From Eledone cirrhosa (taxonomy: Eukaryota), in NCBI GenBank assembly GCA_964016885.1, contig OZ024740.1, forward strand, positions 401,016,001 through 401,080,000: 64,000 nucleotides of DNA, in the 5' to 3' direction. A model generated the notes under the pieces. It searched no databases and was not told the origin of the DNA. It was given only the letters and a program-made list of their open reading frames with translations. The first letter of the stretch is position 1; the number at the start of each line of letters is the position of its first letter. Of this stretch, positions 59,127 through 64,000 are shown piece by piece. Position numbers and translations under genes: made by a program.

Positions 59127-60715
59127 AAAGTTCTATTTAAATTGTTGGGATACAACAAGTAAATATTTTTATAACTGAAATAAAGCACTCGACAAGTATT
59201 TGGAGTAGATATACGATATTAACAAATGGAAACTATATTTATAAAACCATATTTATTTCATTATACATATTTCAAGGATACCAAGTTAAATTAGACAAAA
59301 TACAATATATATCAGTTTTACAAATAAGCATTGACGTACCCTTTCAAAATGCGACCATTACTTTTGGAGGACATCAGGATAGTGGTTTGTTTATATTATT
59401 TAGTAAGTCGTAGTGTTAAGGATAAGTAAAAAGACGGAGAGAGAGAGAAAAGCTTGGAGAAAAGAAAGGGAGAGATAAATAAAGAAAGAGGAAAGAAAAA
59501 AAGAAAAAAAGAAAAAAAGAAAAAAAGAAAAAAAGAAAAAAAGAAAAAAAGAAAAAAAGAAAAAAAGAAAAAAAGAAAAAAAGAAAAAAAAGAAAAAAAA
59601 GAAAAAAAGAAAAAAAGAAAAAAAGAAAAAAAGAAAAAAAGAAAAAAAGAAAAAAAGAAAAAAGAAAACAGAGGAAAGCAACAGTGTTATGTGCTTTTTA
59701 TGATTATATATCTGTCTGTATATATGCAGGAGTGACGCGTGTCTACCAATCGGGTGAAGATGCACACACATATTTATGTATATATATATGTATATATATG
59801 TGGGTGTATGGCTAGGAATTATGTGTGCATGCTTACCCATGCAGTTTTGATTGCAGATATGCATGATTTTAACAGCCATAAATGCATGAAAGTTAATCCT
59901 ATATATTTATATATATACTGGGAATTTTTATTTAATAACACAAGGAATGTATAGCAGTAATAATAAAAAAAATCACTTATGCTCTGTATGTATATATTAT
60001 ATGCGGGAGTAGATATAATGTGTATTTTCTAAGTATATGTGTATATATATATTTATGTATCTTTGCCTATATATACGTGCTGTACGATAGGTAATTTCTC
60101 TAGCAATATACATTTTGTGATGTTTAAATTCCAATTTTTAGTATATTGATCTCAATTTTTAAACTAAATATCCAATCATAATTAAACAATGATTAATTTC
60201 TCATATTATATACGTATATTCCATTCATGAATATTAATATTTCTAATTTTATTTATTCATTTCATCTCAATTGTTAACTCAACTTAATATGACATGACTT
60301 AAGGTTTTCGTTCTCTCCCCCTCTCTCTATCTCTATATTTCTCTCTCTTGAGTTTTTTCTCTCTGTCTGGTGGTTTGATATCTCTCTGTTGCTTTCCTCT
60401 GTTTTCTTTTTTTCTTCTTTTCTTTCCTCTTTCTTTATTTATCTCTCCCTTTCTTTTCTCCACGCTTTTCTCTCTCTCTCCGTCTTTTTACTTATCCTTA
60501 ACACTACGACTTACTAAATAATATAAACAAACCACTATCCTGATGTCCTCCAAAAGTAATGGTCGCATTTTGAAAGGGTACGTCAATGCTTATTTGTAAA
60601 ACTGATATATATTGTATTTTGTCTGATGAAGGCATACCATAAATTAACTTGGTATCCTTGAAATATGTATAATGAAATAAATATGGTTTTATAAATATAG
60701 TTTCCATTTGTTAAT

Positions 60716-60720
<5 letters not shown>
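59124..60720. mobile_element. Non-autonomous fold-back relative of family H
   Basis: Inverted arms ~59215-59685 and ~60385-60720, homologous to the 30700/32370 pLTRs; (GAAAAAA)n expansion in the left arm. Confidence 0.75.
60615..60679 (+). ncRNA. Canonical type I hammerhead (family H relative)
   Basis: tattttgt-CTGATGA-aggcatacca..tggtatcctt-GAAA-tatgta-TA-atgaaata. Confidence 0.85.
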
Positions 60721-60808
<88 letters not shown>

Positions 60809-60974
60809 TTGATAAACTGGTCAGATGCTGTTATAAATCTTGGAGGCGATAGATTTGTTTACTATGTCTGCAGCATATTTCTGATGGACATTAGATTGTA
60901 CCTTTTTAACATCGTACAAGTTCCAATACACGTAGAAATCGGCAACAAAAGAAACAAGATAAAGTTTAACTGTA

Positions 60975-61170
60975 ATAATTGTTTCTAATTTTGACACAAG
61001 GCTTGCAATTCCCCAGCGCATTACTGGAACTTTATTTTATCGACCACCTAAGGATGAAAGGCAAGTTCACCTCGGCGAGATTTAAAAAAAAAATCAAAAC
61101 GCAAAGGGCCATAACTCTAGGCTGCAAAGCAGTGTGTCTGACGCTCTACCGATACTGCCAATCCAACTGT
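60975..61170 (-). mobile_element. SINE family 1 copy
   Basis: Same core as other family 1 copies. Confidence 0.75.
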
Positions 61171-61720
61171 AATAATGTTTTTTTCATTTAACGCAAGACC
61201 ACCAATTATGGGGGAAATAATACTAAATAGACTCAGTACTGACACGACTAGAATGAAAGTCACGGTGTAATACAGAGTAGGAATAATTAATTAAACCACT
61301 TTTCCTACGCTCTAATGATTCTGAAAATCTATCAACACAATTCCTTTCATAGGGTCAACATCATACATCTAGGGATGATGTGTTAGGCAATTAACTCTAG
61401 TACGTGAATTTGTTGAAACCGGGATAACGATAATATTCCATATATCATCATAAGATTATGTGTAAAGTCAACAATTTTTAAACGTGTTCCACAATTGTAC
61501 ACAATAAAGCTTTATCTTCTCATTTATTAGACATGGTTCAGTGCAAATATGTTTGTATATATATATTATTGTTACTTTTTCTGGTATTTTAAGGCATCAA
61601 ATAGAATCGGTGTAATGAAATATGTTGTATGCGAGATACGTCATATTTCAAAAACACACACGAGCGCCAATATGTACACACGCACAGATGTAAACATACA
61701 CACACATATATATGTATATG

Positions 61721-61813
<93 letters not shown>

Positions 61814-61938
61814 ATATATATATACAGTATATATACAATATATGTATGTGTATATATATATACAACTTATATATATATATATATAACTTATATATATAAC
61901 TTATATATATACCTTATATATATAAAACTCATATATAT

Positions 61939-62032
<94 letters not shown>

Positions 62033-62176
62033 CTTATATATATATATACCTTATATATTACATTGTAATAAATACGATTACGAAAATTGCACTTTAGATA
62101 TGTTTCAGCTTAAGAGGCCACACACGCGCAAATAGATTTTCTTTACTACGTATATTAATGTATATATGTATATGTT

Positions 62177-62317
<141 letters not shown>

Positions 62318-62460
62318 TTATATGTATATATATATATATATGTATGTATATATTTATATGTATGTATACATATGTGTGTGTGTATGTGTGTATATAATGT
62401 ATATATATATATATATATACATATAAATATATATATATATATATATTTACATATATATAT

Positions 62461-62529
<69 letters not shown>

Positions 62530-62901
62530 TATATATGTATATATATATATATATATATACATATATACATGTATCTATACACATATTAACATGTGTGTAA
62601 CTATTTTCCATTTGTCAATTTTCCGGCTTCCCAGTACAGAAATCACTGACAAGGGAATTATATTAGAGAAACACAAGTATGTCATGTTATGGTTGTATTC
62701 AAAATGTGCTAATTTCAAATAGGTTTCCTAATACACTATATAGATTTCACAAGATTTCACAGATGTTATGCTACAATTGGCTTAATACCGCTATTCGAAT
62801 TCAAGCTCACCAAATATATATTAAAATCATATACATCTGTATACATACACGTATGTACACTTATAGAGTCACACATTCACACATATACATACATATATAT
62901 G

Positions 62902-62955
<54 letters not shown>

Positions 62956-62973
62956 GTATATATATATATATAA

Positions 62974-63022
<49 letters not shown>

Positions 63023-63056
63023 CAGATATATATATATACATACATATATATGTATG

Positions 63057-63095
<39 letters not shown>

Positions 63096-63240
63096 ATATA
63101 TACACATATATATATATCTATATATATGTTTGTGTATATATATGTTTGTGTCTGTGCACGTATGTATATATGAACATGTATATATATATATTAATTTGTA
63201 TGTGTTTGTGTTTTATGATATGAATATATATATACATACA

Positions 63241-63304
<64 letters not shown>

Positions 63305-63351
63305 AATGTCTGTATGTGGCCTTCTCTCTCTATCTCTCTGTATATATATAT

Positions 63352-63407
63352 AGGAACCAGTAAGACCCCGACAGCTGAGCTCAAGCCGTTTCGACGGCTA
63401 ATTCTGT
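63352..63407. mobile_element. Family D copy 5 (single short arm)
   Basis: aggaaccagtaagaccccgacagctgagctcaagccgtttcgacggctaattctg between (TA)n runs. Confidence 0.75.
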
Positions 63408-63939
63408 ATATATATATATATATATATATCCCCCTCCCTCTCCTTCCCCCTATCTCTCTGTATATGTTTGTGTGCGTCTGTGTATTTATGAGCATATGTT
63501 TTTATGTGTATAAAACCGTGAAAATAAAATAAGAGTAAATACATACTGCATGAAATAAGGAAATAAGTATCAGAATATAACAATATAAAGAATTCTTTAT
63601 TACTGTGAAGATTTCGGTGGTTGAGTTGTTGCTTTTAATTTTCCGGAACACTAATATATCATTTGCTTCACAGCAGTCGAAAAGAACATTTAAATACAAT
63701 GTATTGGTTTATGTATATACTAAATTTCTCTATTTCTTTCTTTAATGTTTGAAATATATCTCCTGAAGCTGTATTAATTTCTCAAGAGTTTTCTTAAATG
63801 CTTTCTGTACTTCAAAATTTTAACAAAAAATATCAAGAAAGGAATGGTAAACCGCATGTTTATAAAGTTTGTGTATGTCATTGTAAATGTTATTGAAATC
63901 AATCAAAAGTGATCCTGTCAACACCACGTCTCAGTATGA

Positions 63940-63985
<46 letters not shown>

Positions 63986-64000
63986 TCTTCGTTTTTCTGC

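Overview
AT-rich, microsatellite-saturated animal intergenic or intronic DNA. The repeat content is suggestive of an octopus-like cephalopod (inference only). I can support no host protein gene. Content: one intact RTE-clade LINE (4234-7545), three decayed Penelope-like elements (PLEs; RT with or without GIY-YIG), remnants of RTE, L1/Tx1-like, CRE-like, Helitron and IS3EU-like elements, two tRNA-derived SINE families and a Tc1/mariner-type MITE. The main signal is a set of about ten families of short non-coding elements that sit in (TA)n, share a PLE-style fold-back or partial-tandem architecture, and mostly carry hammerhead ribozyme (HHR) motifs. Three stand out. (1) A family (19891-20262, 25545-26130) whose HHR strands occur in a non-circularly permuted order, supported by compensatory base changes. 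(2) A 320-nt ORF-less tandem monomer with a U3-A8 core variant, whose fold-back junction lies at the predicted cleavage site (7598-8410). (3) A fold-back element with a tRNA-like head (12647-12943). All structures were read by eye; no folding, search or assay was run, and coordinates of decayed elements are approximate.
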